32,000 nucleotides of DNA from Nonlabens ponticola (GCF_003966335.1 NZ_CP034549.1:300001-332000), one strand, 5' to 3'; numbered from the stretch's first letter, positions 18,677-29,100 are shown. The notes: generated by a model from the letters alone, not told the origin. Made by a program: numbers and translations.

Positions 18677-19222
18677 ATGAAGAATATTTCGACTTATGTC
18701 TCACTACTATTTGTGTTTTGCTTTTTTGCCGGATGCCATTTCACCTCTGCTCAAAATATACAACAAGATGGCAGTGATTTCTGGCAGCGTGTACGGTATG
18801 GTGGTAATATAGGGCTCAATTTTAGCAATGGATACAAGGCCGTGCAGTTGGCACCTCAGGCGATTTATCAAGTGAATCCACAAGTTGGCGTTGGTGTAGG
18901 TTTGAATGGTAGTTATGTAAAACGCAATTTTAATGGCGACAATCGGGATTTTTCCAGCACCATTCTAGGTGGAAGTTTAATAAGTATCTACCAACCTATT
19001 GAATTCATCCAAGTAAGTACAGACTTCGAACTACTACACGTCAATCAAAATTTTGAAGATGATGTATTTAGGGATGAGAATTATTGGGTGCCTGCCCTTT
19101 TTCTAGGAGCAGGTTATGCGACTGGAAACGTTGTTTTTGGCGCTAGGTATGATTTGCTGTACAATGAAGGCCGCAGTATTTATAGAAATGGACTGCAGCC
19201 ATTTGTTAGGGTATTGTTTTAG
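18677..19222 (+). CDS. Small outer-membrane beta-barrel-like protein (hypothetical)
   Basis: It has a signal peptide, alternating hydrophobic and Gly/Asn-rich strands, and a C-terminal Phe (..VRVLF). Confidence 0.55.
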   Translation: MKNISTYVSLLFVFCFFAGCHFTSAQNIQQDGSDFWQRVRYGGNIGLNFSNGYKAVQLAPQAIYQVNPQVGVGVGLNGSYVKRNFNGDNRDFSSTILGGSLISIYQPIEFIQVSTDFELLHVNQNFEDDVFRDENYWVPALFLGAGYATGNVVFGARYDLLYNEGRSIYRNGLQPFVRVLF

Positions 19223-19237
19223 GTAATTAATTAGACA

Positions 19238-20170
19238 ATGCAAATGAATAGAATATTAATCTTCCTCGTGATAGGAATCACTTTTGCTTCTTGTAAACAA
19301 GGTAATGAAGAAAAAGCAGGACAAACCACACGAGAGACTGAATTCAAAAAAGTTGTTCGCGATGATTATCAGCTTTACAAACCAGCCAGTGAAATCAAGG
19401 CTGTTTTAATCCTTTTTGGCGGCTACCCAGAAGATGCAGAAGGCATTAAAAGAGAATTCCCGATTCTTGAGGATGCCAGAAATAACAGCATCGCAGTGAT
19501 AATGTCCAACTACAACCAAAAGTTGTGGCTAGAGGAAAATGAAAAACGTCAACTCGCAACCAGTCTGCAGGATATTTTTGAAGAACATCATTTACCTAGT
19601 GAAAATGTAGTTGTTGGAGGTTATTCTAGCGGCGGCGTGGTGAGCCTATTGATCAGTGATTTTATTATAGGACACAAACAATTTTATATCGACCCAAAAG
19701 GAGTGTTCATCGTTGACTCGCCTATTGATCTAGAGGTATTATATAGAACTGCCGAGAAGAATATTGAAAGAGACTTCTCTGAACCTTCCATTCAAGAAAG
19801 CACCTGGCTATTAAAAGAACTAGGAAGCGGATTAGGTAATCCAGATGAACATATTGAAAATTATGAGCAAAGTTCTATTTACACCTATAGCACTGGTAAT
19901 ATTTCTAATTTGAAGAAATTAAAAAAGACCAAAATCAGACTTTATACGGAGCCAGATACCCTTTGGTGGCAAGAAAATAGAATGGCCTCTTACGATGAGA
20001 CCAATGCATTTTATATCCAGGATCTGCACAGGATTCTCACCCAACAAGGCTATAACAAAGTAGAATACATTCCAACTGTCGATAAAGGATATAGAGCAAA
20101 TGGAATGAGGCATCCACATAGCTGGTCTATTGTCGATAAGGCCGACTTGATAGACTGGATTCTAAATTGA
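19238..20170 (+). CDS. Lipoprotein with an alpha/beta-hydrolase-like fold (putative esterase)
   Basis: It has a lipobox (ITFASC), a GGYSSGG nucleophile-elbow-like motif and a late His (RHPHSW). Confidence 0.55.
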   Translation: MQMNRILIFLVIGITFASCKQGNEEKAGQTTRETEFKKVVRDDYQLYKPASEIKAVLILFGGYPEDAEGIKREFPILEDARNNSIAVIMSNYNQKLWLEENEKRQLATSLQDIFEEHHLPSENVVVGGYSSGGVVSLLISDFIIGHKQFYIDPKGVFIVDSPIDLEVLYRTAEKNIERDFSEPSIQESTWLLKELGSGLGNPDEHIENYEQSSIYTYSTGNISNLKKLKKTKIRLYTEPDTLWWQENRMASYDETNAFYIQDLHRILTQQGYNKVEYIPTVDKGYRANGMRHPHSWSIVDKADLIDWILN

Positions 20171-20298
20171 ACATATAATGTGTGGCCTGTGGATAGGATG
20201 GCTATGTAACTAGTTAGCCTTACGCCTGTACAAATCATATCCTGTATTGAAGTTCTGGACCGTACTTCAACGTGTTTCTTGCAATGGGTTTTTAATGA

Positions 20299-20320
20299 TT
20301 ACGCTTTCGCGAAAGCGTAA
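20299..20320. repeat. Copy 6 of the iterated palindrome, the longest form: a 22-bp perfect palindrome TTACGCTTTCGCGAAAGCGTAA, intergenic
   Basis: Read directly from the sequence. The core is at 20303-20316. The left flank TAATGATTAC (20293-20302) is shared with copy 2. Confidence 0.95.
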
Positions 20321-20486
20321 CCCAAAAAAACTTAATTCTTACATAAACTCTTAAAGCCTTTACAACGGCATCATAAATAATGATTGCAATTAACAGTTTT
20401 TAAGCCAGATGAACTTATGTTAATACAGTATTAGTAAACCTAAGTATCTATCATCATAGATTGTCATCAAAATCAAAATAACAACT

Positions 20487-21545
20487 ATGAAAAAGATATT
20501 TTTAAGCATGCTTGCCCTTTCAATGGCGATCACAGCATGTAATGACAGTAAGAAAAAAGACAACGCGTCAAATGATACCGAGTATAATGAAGACGCTACT
20601 GGCGATTCAACATCTGAAGATATGGATACTCAAGAAATGAGTCGTGAGGATGCAGAGCGTATGAGTAAAGATATGCGTGATAATGTCGAGGTAGATGACG
20701 AGGACAATGTGACGATAAAAAGTTTTGCCGAGTATGGTGAATTGCAAACGCAGGTAAGAAACTTATCTACTAAGCCTGATTTGCGCGAGGACATGGTAGG
20801 TATGGAAGCATATAATGCCTTTGAAAAATTTGTGGCTAATATGCCTGCATATTTAAAGACAAATGCTGTCATGAAAGAGGTACAAGACACACGTGTAGCC
20901 ATGGATCGCTTTAAGGCAGATCTTGAGGATGAAAGCGTGTCAAAAGAAACGATGAAGAGACACCTCATGAAAGTAGAGACTGCAGTTGAAGATCTTAATG
21001 ACGAGATTGCTAGTGTACGTCAAGGTCTTGACGCGAGTGATATTGATTATACGGCGTATAATGATTTTGCAACCAATGTAAATTATGGTGATAACGGCCT
21101 AATCTACATCACAGGATTTGATGCTTTTAATCAAGCACAAAGAGATTACATCTTGATGAGAGATGGTGATATGGATGAGAAGATGAAGTATGAGACGTCA
21201 CTTAAAAAAGATTTCAAAGCACTAGCGCAAAACATTCCATCTTACCTACTAGTAGATGATGTAGAAGATGAAATTGAAGATGTACAGGAAGAAATTGCAT
21301 ACTATGAGAAGTACAAAAATGACAAATCAGTAGATGCAGAGCAACAATTAGAAAACCTTGAAGAAATCGAGGAAGCTATGTATGATCTTAACAGAGAGCT
21401 TGTGAAAGCAAGAAAAAAATATGTAGATAACCGCAAGGATGCCATTGAGGAATTCATGGAAGAATTTAATGACGATGATGGCCGCAGCATGGAAGCACGC
21501 TTAAAAGATGCTACCGAAGAATATAATGAGGAGATTGAGGACTAA
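20487..21545 (+). CDS. Highly acidic lipoprotein with an internal duplication (hypothetical)
   Basis: It has a lipobox (AITACN) and is very D/E-rich. Two related modules centre on ..FVANMPAYL.. and ..LAQNIPSYL.., about 131 residues apart. Confidence 0.6.
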   Translation: MKKIFLSMLALSMAITACNDSKKKDNASNDTEYNEDATGDSTSEDMDTQEMSREDAERMSKDMRDNVEVDDEDNVTIKSFAEYGELQTQVRNLSTKPDLREDMVGMEAYNAFEKFVANMPAYLKTNAVMKEVQDTRVAMDRFKADLEDESVSKETMKRHLMKVETAVEDLNDEIASVRQGLDASDIDYTAYNDFATNVNYGDNGLIYITGFDAFNQAQRDYILMRDGDMDEKMKYETSLKKDFKALAQNIPSYLLVDDVEDEIEDVQEEIAYYEKYKNDKSVDAEQQLENLEEIEEAMYDLNRELVKARKKYVDNRKDAIEEFMEEFNDDDGRSMEARLKDATEEYNEEIED

Positions 21546-21566
21546 TCGTTCTCTTTAAAAATTAGG

Positions 21567-21597
21567 ATACCGCTTGGACTATTGGTTCAAGCGGTAT
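21567..21597 (+). terminator. Rho-independent terminator after the acidic lipoprotein gene. It overlaps the 3' end of the convergent small ORF.
   Basis: ATACCGCTTG / 11-nt loop / CAAGCGGTAT forms a perfect 10-bp stem, followed by TTTTATTTTA. Confidence 0.6.
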
Positions 21598-21878
21598 TTT
21601 ATTTTAATCCATTCACGAGATAAGAAACCTAGAACGATACCATGTTCTAGGTTTTTTTCTTGGACGTCTGCGAGATAATAGAGTTGCTGCAATTTAGGAT
21701 CATTATCCTCAATCGCCTCGCTAAGTAATTCTATTAATTCATTAAGAAACTCATCAGGACTTGCGGCTTGGACAGCCTCAAATCCAGATCGTTCTAGATC
21801 CTTATTGACTTGTGCGCGGTAAATGGCAAAGACTTGATGTTTCTGTTCAAGTTTAGATTGAATGGTGATGAGATTCAT
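21579..21878 (-). CDS. Small acidic hypothetical protein co-transcribed with the polyprenyl synthetase
   Basis: This 99-aa ORF starts 2 nt after the stop of the upstream gene. I recognise no motifs in it. Confidence 0.5.
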   Translation of the reverse strand: MNLITIQSKLEQKHQVFAIYRAQVNKDLERSGFEAVQAASPDEFLNELIELLSEAIEDNDPKLQQLYYLADVQEKNLEHGIVLGFLSREWIKIKYRLNQ

Positions 21879-21880
21879 GG

Positions 21881-22864
21881 CTAGCTTATACGAGACATCA
21901 AATCCTTAGAAAATGCAGCCAGCATCTTTTTATGATCTTGGCTTATGTCAAGCGTCTCGATAATTTCTAATGCATGAGCCGTATGCTTTTTGATAGCATC
22001 CAACGTTGCCTGTTTGCCACCGCTGGCATCAAATAGCTGTTTTGCTTTTTCTTTTTTGGCGTCAATTTGCTCGTCTGTTTGTGTAGCATGATCAACGCTG
22101 AACAAGGCTCGCAGCTCATTGGTATAAGTCGCATTTGCCTCACTCATCAAGTATAAATAGGTCTTTTTATTCTCGCGTATATCGCCACCTACTTCTTTGC
22201 CAAAGGTCTCTGGATCGCCATAAGCATCCAGATAATCATCCATTAATTGAAAAGCCAGACCCAATTCAATACCATACTGATACACACGCTGTTGCTCATT
22301 TCTATCCTTGCCTGCGATAATGGCACCCATTTGCAAGGCACAAGCCACGAGAACTGACGTCTTGAGCTTGATCATGAGCAGGTACTCGTCTACCGTGACA
22401 TCATCTCGCGTTTCAAAATCCACATCATACTGCTGCCCTTCACAAACCTCAAGCGCTGTTTTTGAGAAAAGTGTCATGAGCGATTTATAGGTCGCATCCT
22501 GATAAGCATTAAAGGATTGATAGGCCAGTATCATCATGGCATCGCCACTTAATATGCCTGTATTCTCATCCCATTTTTTATGTACGGTAGGCATACCCCG
22601 ACGCAGCGGTGCGGCATCCATGATGTCGTCATGCAACAAGGTAAAATTGTGAAACACCTCAACGGCAACGGCAGCATCAAGCGCCTTGGTATAATCTTCT
22701 CCATACACATCTGCTGCGAGTAAAGTCATTACCGGTCGCAGTCGCTTACCGCCTAGATCAAGGATATAGTGTACTGGATCGTACAATCCTACTGGCTTTG
22801 TTTGGGTAATTGATTTCTTGAGATAGGCTAGAAAAACCTCACGATAGTCATGGATGCTGGTCAT
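21881..22864 (-). CDS. Polyprenyl diphosphate synthase (trans-isoprenyl diphosphate synthase family)
   Basis: Both Asp-rich motifs are present: LLHDDIMD (FARM) and QLMDDYLD (SARM). GKRLRP is also present. Confidence 0.9.
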   Translation of the reverse strand: MTSIHDYREVFLAYLKKSITQTKPVGLYDPVHYILDLGGKRLRPVMTLLAADVYGEDYTKALDAAVAVEVFHNFTLLHDDIMDAAPLRRGMPTVHKKWDENTGILSGDAMMILAYQSFNAYQDATYKSLMTLFSKTALEVCEGQQYDVDFETRDDVTVDEYLLMIKLKTSVLVACALQMGAIIAGKDRNEQQRVYQYGIELGLAFQLMDDYLDAYGDPETFGKEVGGDIRENKKTYLYLMSEANATYTNELRALFSVDHATQTDEQIDAKKEKAKQLFDASGGKQATLDAIKKHTAHALEIIETLDISQDHKKMLAAFSKDLMSRIS

Positions 22865-22938
22865 GATTCAAAAATAAGTCGTGGCAACCAACCAGCCATC
22901 ATAAGTCTCATTCTCAATGTTAAAAGATTGTAAAACTT

Positions 22939-22968
22939 AGGAAACTTTGATCGTTTCTAAAGTTTCCT
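22939..22968. promoter_or_regulatory. Perfect 10-bp inverted repeat AGGAAACTTT-N10-AAAGTTTCCT, a candidate TetR operator
   Basis: Read directly from the sequence. It lies 29 nt upstream of the TetR ATG and just upstream of a TAnnTTTG box. Confidence 0.45.
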
Positions 22969-22973
22969 ATACG

Positions 22974-22981
22974 TATTTTTG
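22974..22981 (+). promoter_or_regulatory. Candidate -7 box (TATTTTTG) for the TetR-efflux operon
   Basis: It matches TAnnTTTG and lies 16 nt upstream of ATG 22997. Confidence 0.35.
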
Positions 22982-22996
22982 CCGCTCAATTAAGCA

Positions 22997-23611
22997 ATGG
23001 AAGTCAAAGAACGCATACTAGAAGAATCCATGGATCTGTTTCTCACGCTGGGATTCAAGAGTGTTACCATGGACGAGATTGCCTCGCGATTGGGTATGAG
23101 CAAGAAGACCTTGTACACCCATTATCGTACTAAGGGTTCTCTGGTGGATGCAGCATCCGTTAATTTTTGTGAGCATGTATGCAACGGCGTGGACGACATT
23201 AGCGCGTCAGAAAGTGCCAATCCCATCGAGGAACTTTATGATGTCAAAAAGTTTGTCATGCAGCAGTTGCGCGGTGACAATACCTCACCCGTTTACCAAC
23301 TCAAAAAATATTATCCAGAGGTACACAGAAAAGTCGAACTCATGCAGTTTGACCACATGGACAAATGCATCAAACGCAATGTAGAGCGCGGCATTGAACA
23401 AGGATTTTATCGCGACAATATTGATGCGGCCTTTGTGGCGCGCATGTACTTTGTAGGCATTCAAGGCATCAAGAACATCAGCATTTTCCCTGCTGAGGAT
23501 TTCCCAGTGAATGACCTCTACGATCAATATCTAGAGTACCACTTGCGCGGCATCGTGACACCAGCTGGCCGTAAAATATTAAATGAACTAACCGACACAA
23601 ACCACGAGTAA
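22997..23611 (+). CDS. TetR/AcrR family transcriptional regulator
   Basis: The N-terminal HTH reads ILEESMDLFLTLGFKSVTMDEIASRLGMSKKTLYTHY. Its stop overlaps the TolC start (TAATG). Confidence 0.9.
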   Translation: MEVKERILEESMDLFLTLGFKSVTMDEIASRLGMSKKTLYTHYRTKGSLVDAASVNFCEHVCNGVDDISASESANPIEELYDVKKFVMQQLRGDNTSPVYQLKKYYPEVHRKVELMQFDHMDKCIKRNVERGIEQGFYRDNIDAAFVARMYFVGIQGIKNISIFPAEDFPVNDLYDQYLEYHLRGIVTPAGRKILNELTDTNHE

Positions 23612-24996
23612 TGAGAAGTACAATTATAACGGTGATGATTTTGTTTGGTTACGCTTTCGCGAAAGCGCAATCCACCACAGACACTACTGCACCGCAATCC
23701 TACAGCTTTACCCTAGAAGAGGCGATCAATTATGCGCTGGAGAATAATTATCAGGCTATTAATGCCAAAAGGGATATCGCTAAAGCGCTGAAGCAAAAGT
23801 GGGAAACAACATCGACCGGATTACCGCAAATCAATGGCGAGGCTGGCTATAATTACAATATCAAGATTCCTCAAACAGCCTTACCTGCACAAATTATTGA
23901 TCCAGATGCACAGCCAGGCACTTTTGTCGCGGTACCATTTGCTCCACGTCAAAGTGCTAATCTCACTGCAACACTTACGCAACTCATTTTTGACGGTTCT
24001 TATATCGTGGCACTTGAGGCATCACAGACTTTTCTGGATTTTAGCGAGAATGCCAACAATAAGACAAAACTAGAGGTGCGCAAAGGCGTCATCAATGCCT
24101 ACGGCGGCGTATTGCTGGCTCAAGAAAATGTGGATATTCTATCTAAGAATCTAGAGAACCTACAGGAAAACCTCAACGAGACTGAAAAGATTTTTGAAAA
24201 CGGTCTCGCCGAAGAAGAAGATGTAGAGCAATTACAAATTACAGCACTGCAATTACAAAACCAACTTAACAGCGCACAGCGACAGGTAGAGATTGCCATG
24301 GACATGTTTCAGCTAGCGCTAGGCATCGACCTTGCGGCAGATGTTGCGTTGAGCGAGGACCTTGAAAGTCTTGCTGTAAAAACCATCGATCTGGCCTTGA
24401 CTGGTCAAAACCTGGACATGGAACAAGCAGTAGATTACCAGATCGCCTATAATTTTACTGAACAACGCAGGCTGGAATACAAGTTGGAACGTGCTAAGGC
24501 GCTGCCTAGAGTAAGCGGTTTTGTGAATTATGGTACACAGGCGTTTGACGAGGATTTTGTCTTTTTTGACAGCAGTACGCCATGGTTCCAGCAATCTACT
24601 GCTGGTTTAAGTATTCAAGTACCTATTTTTAGTTCGCTAGGTCGCACCGCTCGCACCCAACGTGCAAAGATTGCCTACGATCAGGCTCTTACCGACTTTG
24701 AGCGCACCCAACAAGAGATCAAACTCAATTATGAGAGTGCACAAAATCAATATCAACTGGCCATTGACACCTATTTGACTAACAAGAAAAACCTTGCCCT
24801 TGCAGAGCGCGTTGAGAACAAAAACCAAATAAAATTTCAAGAAGGTATTGCCAGCAGTTTTGAATTGCGACAGGCGCAAACACAACTGTATGCCGCACAA
24901 GGCGATTACTTGAACAGCATGTTTCAAGTAATCACCAATAAGGCAGCACTAGAAACCATATTGAATACACCAGAATATATTATCACAAGAGACTAA
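23611..24996 (+). CDS. TolC family outer-membrane efflux protein
   Basis: It has a signal peptide, a LEEAINYALENNYQ start and a two-repeat coiled architecture. Its operon context with MFP and RND genes also fits. Confidence 0.88.
   Translation: MRSTIITVMILFGYAFAKAQSTTDTTAPQSYSFTLEEAINYALENNYQAINAKRDIAKALKQKWETTSTGLPQINGEAGYNYNIKIPQTALPAQIIDPDAQPGTFVAVPFAPRQSANLTATLTQLIFDGSYIVALEASQTFLDFSENANNKTKLEVRKGVINAYGGVLLAQENVDILSKNLENLQENLNETEKIFENGLAEEEDVEQLQITALQLQNQLNSAQRQVEIAMDMFQLALGIDLAADVALSEDLESLAVKTIDLALTGQNLDMEQAVDYQIAYNFTEQRRLEYKLERAKALPRVSGFVNYGTQAFDEDFVFFDSSTPWFQQSTAGLSIQVPIFSSLGRTARTQRAKIAYDQALTDFERTQQEIKLNYESAQNQYQLAIDTYLTNKKNLALAERVENKNQIKFQEGIASSFELRQAQTQLYAAQGDYLNSMFQVITNKAALETILNTPEYIITRD
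23652..23667. repeat. Copy 7 of the iterated palindrome (16-bp CGCTTTCGCGAAAGCG), inside the TolC signal peptide codons
   Basis: The core is at 23653-23666, read as Y-AFAKA-Q. This is the predicted AxA signal-peptidase site. Confidence 0.95.
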
Positions 24997-25020
24997 CCAT
25001 ACCACCATAACAAGATTATC

Positions 25021-26193
25021 ATGAAACATTTAAGCATCCTTATTATAAGTACTGTATTACTAGCGTCTTGTGGCGGTGGTGAACCCAGCGTTGACGAGTT
25101 GATTGCTGCTGGTGAGACAGATGCCATTGCACAACGCAAGACAGAGTTGCTCAACCAGAAGAAAGAGCTGGAGAATGAGATACGTTCCATTGAAAATTAC
25201 ATGGACAATAACGCTGTGAAACGTGCTGGATCACTGGTAAGCGTCAAGACAGTTAACGACACGCTCTTCAAGCACTATGTAGAACTACAAGGTAGCGTGG
25301 ACACAAAACAAAATGTCACATTAATGCCAGAGATGGCTGGAGTACTGACTCAGGTTTATGTTAAGGAAGGACAACGCGTTTCTCGTGGGCAGCGATTGGC
25401 TCGCATTGATGACGGTGGCCTTGCACAGCAAATCGAGCAAATGAAAGTCCAGTCAGAGCTTGCCAGAACAACTTATGAGCGTCAAAAGAGACTTTGGGAT
25501 CAAAACATAGGGTCAGAGATTCAATTCCTACAGGCAAAAACAGCCTATGAATCCCAGCAAAGTGCCATACGCAGCATGCAGCAGCAATTGGCCAAAACAG
25601 TTGTAACAGCACCATTTTCTGGCGTCATCGACGATGTAATTACAGAGCAAGGAAATACCGTGACACCAGGAATGACAAGACTCATGAGAATTGTCAACCT
25701 AGATGACATGTATATAGAGGTAGAAGTTCCAGAGACCTACATCGCAGATATCGAGGCAGGAACGGACGTTGAGGTCGAGTTCCCAGTGTTGGGTAAAACC
25801 ATGAACAGCAAGGTGCGCCAGACCAGCTCCTTTATCAATCCAGCAAACCGCTCATTTAAAATCGAGATTCCTGTAGATAGTGAGAACGGCAATATCAAGC
25901 CTAATCTTACCGCGAGGCTCAAAATCAATGACTACACTAGAGAAGACGCTATTTTAATACCGCTTTCCGTGATAAGTGAAAACTCAAATGGTGAGCAATA
26001 TGTTATGGTGGCAACAAATCGTGAGAGTGGTGAACCTTATGATACCGCTGTCGCGAAAAGGAGATTGATAAAAACAGGCAAAACAAGCGATAACATGATT
26101 GAGATACTAAATGGTATTCAAGAAGGTGATCAAATCCTTGTTGAAGGTGCGCGCAGCGTGAAAGAAGATCAGGAAATCAGAATTAAAGCATAA
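25021..26193 (+). CDS. Efflux RND periplasmic adaptor subunit (MFP/HlyD family), a lipoprotein
   Basis: It has a lipobox (LLASCGG), a coiled-coil hairpin region, and barrel-sandwich and beta-barrel segments (VTAPFSGVI). Confidence 0.9.
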   Translation: MKHLSILIISTVLLASCGGGEPSVDELIAAGETDAIAQRKTELLNQKKELENEIRSIENYMDNNAVKRAGSLVSVKTVNDTLFKHYVELQGSVDTKQNVTLMPEMAGVLTQVYVKEGQRVSRGQRLARIDDGGLAQQIEQMKVQSELARTTYERQKRLWDQNIGSEIQFLQAKTAYESQQSAIRSMQQQLAKTVVTAPFSGVIDDVITEQGNTVTPGMTRLMRIVNLDDMYIEVEVPETYIADIEAGTDVEVEFPVLGKTMNSKVRQTSSFINPANRSFKIEIPVDSENGNIKPNLTARLKINDYTREDAILIPLSVISENSNGEQYVMVATNRESGEPYDTAVAKRRLIKTGKTSDNMIEILNGIQEGDQILVEGARSVKEDQEIRIKA

Positions 26194-26196
26194 GCA

Positions 26197-29100
26197 ATGG
26201 CTAAGAAGAGCGAGAAAGAATTCGGTTTATCATCATGGGCGATCAATAACTCAACGGTGATATGGATCATCATTGCGCTGGTTCTAGTTTTGGGACTGCA
26301 AGGCTATTTTGCCATGCCGCGCGAGGATTATCCAGAGGTAAAAGAGACTAAGATCTACATATCAAGCGTCTATCCAGGTAACACTGCCGAGGATATTGAA
26401 CGATTGATTACAGAACCGCTTGAGGACAAACTCAAGAACTTGTCAAATGTGGTAGAGATTTTATCTACATCACAAGAAGATTATTCCATTATCACTGTAG
26501 AGTTTGATGAGAAACTCACCGTCGAGGATGCCAAGCAAAAAGTAAAAGACGAGGTTGATGTAGAAACTTCAAATGAGGACTGGCCTACCTTCAATGGTGC
26601 CAAAATTGAGCCCAACATCTTTGATCTCAAGATGAGTGAAGAGATACCAATCATGAACATCAATCTGCGAGGCGACTACACGGTACGCGAGCTCAAAACG
26701 TATGCAGAATATCTAGAGGATGAGATTGAAGGATTAGATCAAATCAAAGGAGCAGACATACGCGGTGCGCAAGAGCTTGAGGTAGAAATAGCGGTTGACA
26801 TTTATAAAATGACCGCAGCACAGGTAAGCTTTGATAACATCATCAATGCCGTAAGCGGTGGTAATGCTACCATGAGTGCCGGTAATATAAAAACTGAAAG
26901 TCAGCGACGCACGATCAGGATTCTAGGTGAGATTACTAGACCAGATCAACTGGAGCGATTTGTCGTCAAAAATGAGAATGGTCCTATTTACCTTACTGAT
27001 ATAGCCGAGGTTTCTTTTAAAGAAGAAGACAAGACCACCTATGCTCGTGAGAGCGGTGATCCAGTAGTGATGATCGATGTCAAGAAACAATCTGGTAAAA
27101 ACACTATTGTAGCGTCTGAGAGCATACGTGAGATTATCGCACAATCTCAAATTGAGGAAATTATACCGCAAGATGTGTCGATAACCGTGACAAACGACAA
27201 TTCCAGTCGTACACTTAATCAAGTAGATGACCTGGTCAACAACATCATATTTGGGGTCATACTCGTTGTCGTTGTATTGATGTTTTTTTTAGGTTTTCGA
27301 AATGCCCTTTTTGTAGGTTTTGCGATACCTATGTCCATGTTGATGAGCTTTATCATCTTAAATGGATTAGGCTACACACTCAATACCATGATCTTATTTG
27401 CCATGATTATGGGACTAGGAATGCTAGTGGATAACGGTATCGTGGTGGTAGAGAATGTCTATAGATTGATGGATGAAGAAGGCATGCCGCGCATGCGAGC
27501 AGCCAAAATAGGTATAGGCGAGATCGCCGTGCCTATCATCATATCGACACTAACGACGGTAGCGGCATTTGTACCTATAGGATTATGGCCTGGTGTTATG
27601 GGAGAATTCATGAAATATTTCCCGATAACCTTGTCTGTCGTTCTAGGTAGTTCTCTAATCGTCGCGATCTTTTTCAACTCTATGCTTGTATCAAAATTCA
27701 TGAGCATTGATGAAAAGGTTATCCCAACAAAAAACCTATGGTGGATCACTGCCATTATGGGTGGAATAGGTTTACTGATAATCATTTTTGGTGGTGCCGT
27801 TCGCGGTATAGGTTCTATCATGGTAGTAACCGTTATTTTATTGTGGTTATATAAATATGTGATTAAAGGATGGGCAACTGGTTTCCAGAACAACTTTCTC
27901 AAGTCACTTGACAATGCCTATGAGCGATTCTTGAAATTTGCCTTGCGCGGTAAGAAGCCTTATTTCTTTACAGCAGGTATGGTGGTCATGTTCTTTGGAG
28001 TGTTGGCATTGTACTTTGGTTGGTCGGTAGCTTCTGGGCGAACCAAGGTGGAATTTTTCCCAGAAAACAAGCCTAACCAGATCATTGTTTACATTGAGTA
28101 TCCACAGGGAACAGCAATTGAAAAGACTAACCGTACTACAAAACAAATTGAGGAAGTCGTCTATGATGTCATCAATGATGAAGAGTACATAAAAAATGGT
28201 CGCAACTTTCTTGTAGAGAGCACCGTATCCCAAGTAGGTGAAGGTGCTGGTAACCCGCAAACTGATGGTGGATCTGCGGCAGAGATGCCGCATAAAGCAA
28301 AAATCACTGCTTCCATGCGTGAGTATAAATATCGAGATGGTAAGGACAGCGAAGTATTGCGCAAGAAAATTCAAGAAGCAGTTCAAGGGCGTTTCCCAGG
28401 TATCGCTATAAGTGTGGAGAAAGATCAAGCTGGACCACCAGCTGGTTATCCTGTAAACATCGAATTGCAAGGCGATGACTATTCAGAACTTATCGTGACT
28501 GCAGAGCGCATGGTGAAATTTCTCAACGAGAAAAACATCGCACCTGTTGACGAATTAAAAATTGATGTGAATAAAAGTAAGCCTGCTCTACAAGTAAAAG
28601 TAGATCGTGAAAAAGCTGGTGAGCTAGGTATAAGTGCTGGACAAGTAGGTATGCAATTGCGTAGATCTATTTTTGGAGAGAAAGCTGGTGTTTATAAAAA
28701 AGATGGTGAGGATTATGACATCTATGTACGCTTTAATGAAGACGATCGCTATGACCGCAGCGCCTTATTCAACCAACGTATAACTTTCAGGGATATGGCG
28801 ACTGGCCAGGTCAAAGAAGTACCGGTAAGTGCAGTTACCACTACAGAAAATGTTTCAGGATTCAGCGCGATAAAGCATAAGGATAATCAGCGTGTCGTTA
28901 CTGTTTACAGTGCACTCAAGCCAGGATATTCTGATGCTGGTGCGGCCGTTGCTCAAATCCAGAATGAGATGCTGGACTTTGAGGATCTACCATCAAACAT
29001 CGATATAGATTATACAGGTCAACTAGAAGAGCAAAATAAACAGCAGGCCTTCCTTATGACAGCTTTAATGGGCGGTCTTGCCTTGATATTCTTTATTTTG

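Noticed and set aside
26047-26060. A degenerate palindrome-like site, GCTGTCGCGAAAAG, in the MFP gene.
   Set aside because: It matches the core at only 11 of 14 positions and is not palindromic. I did not count it as a copy, though it could be a decayed one.
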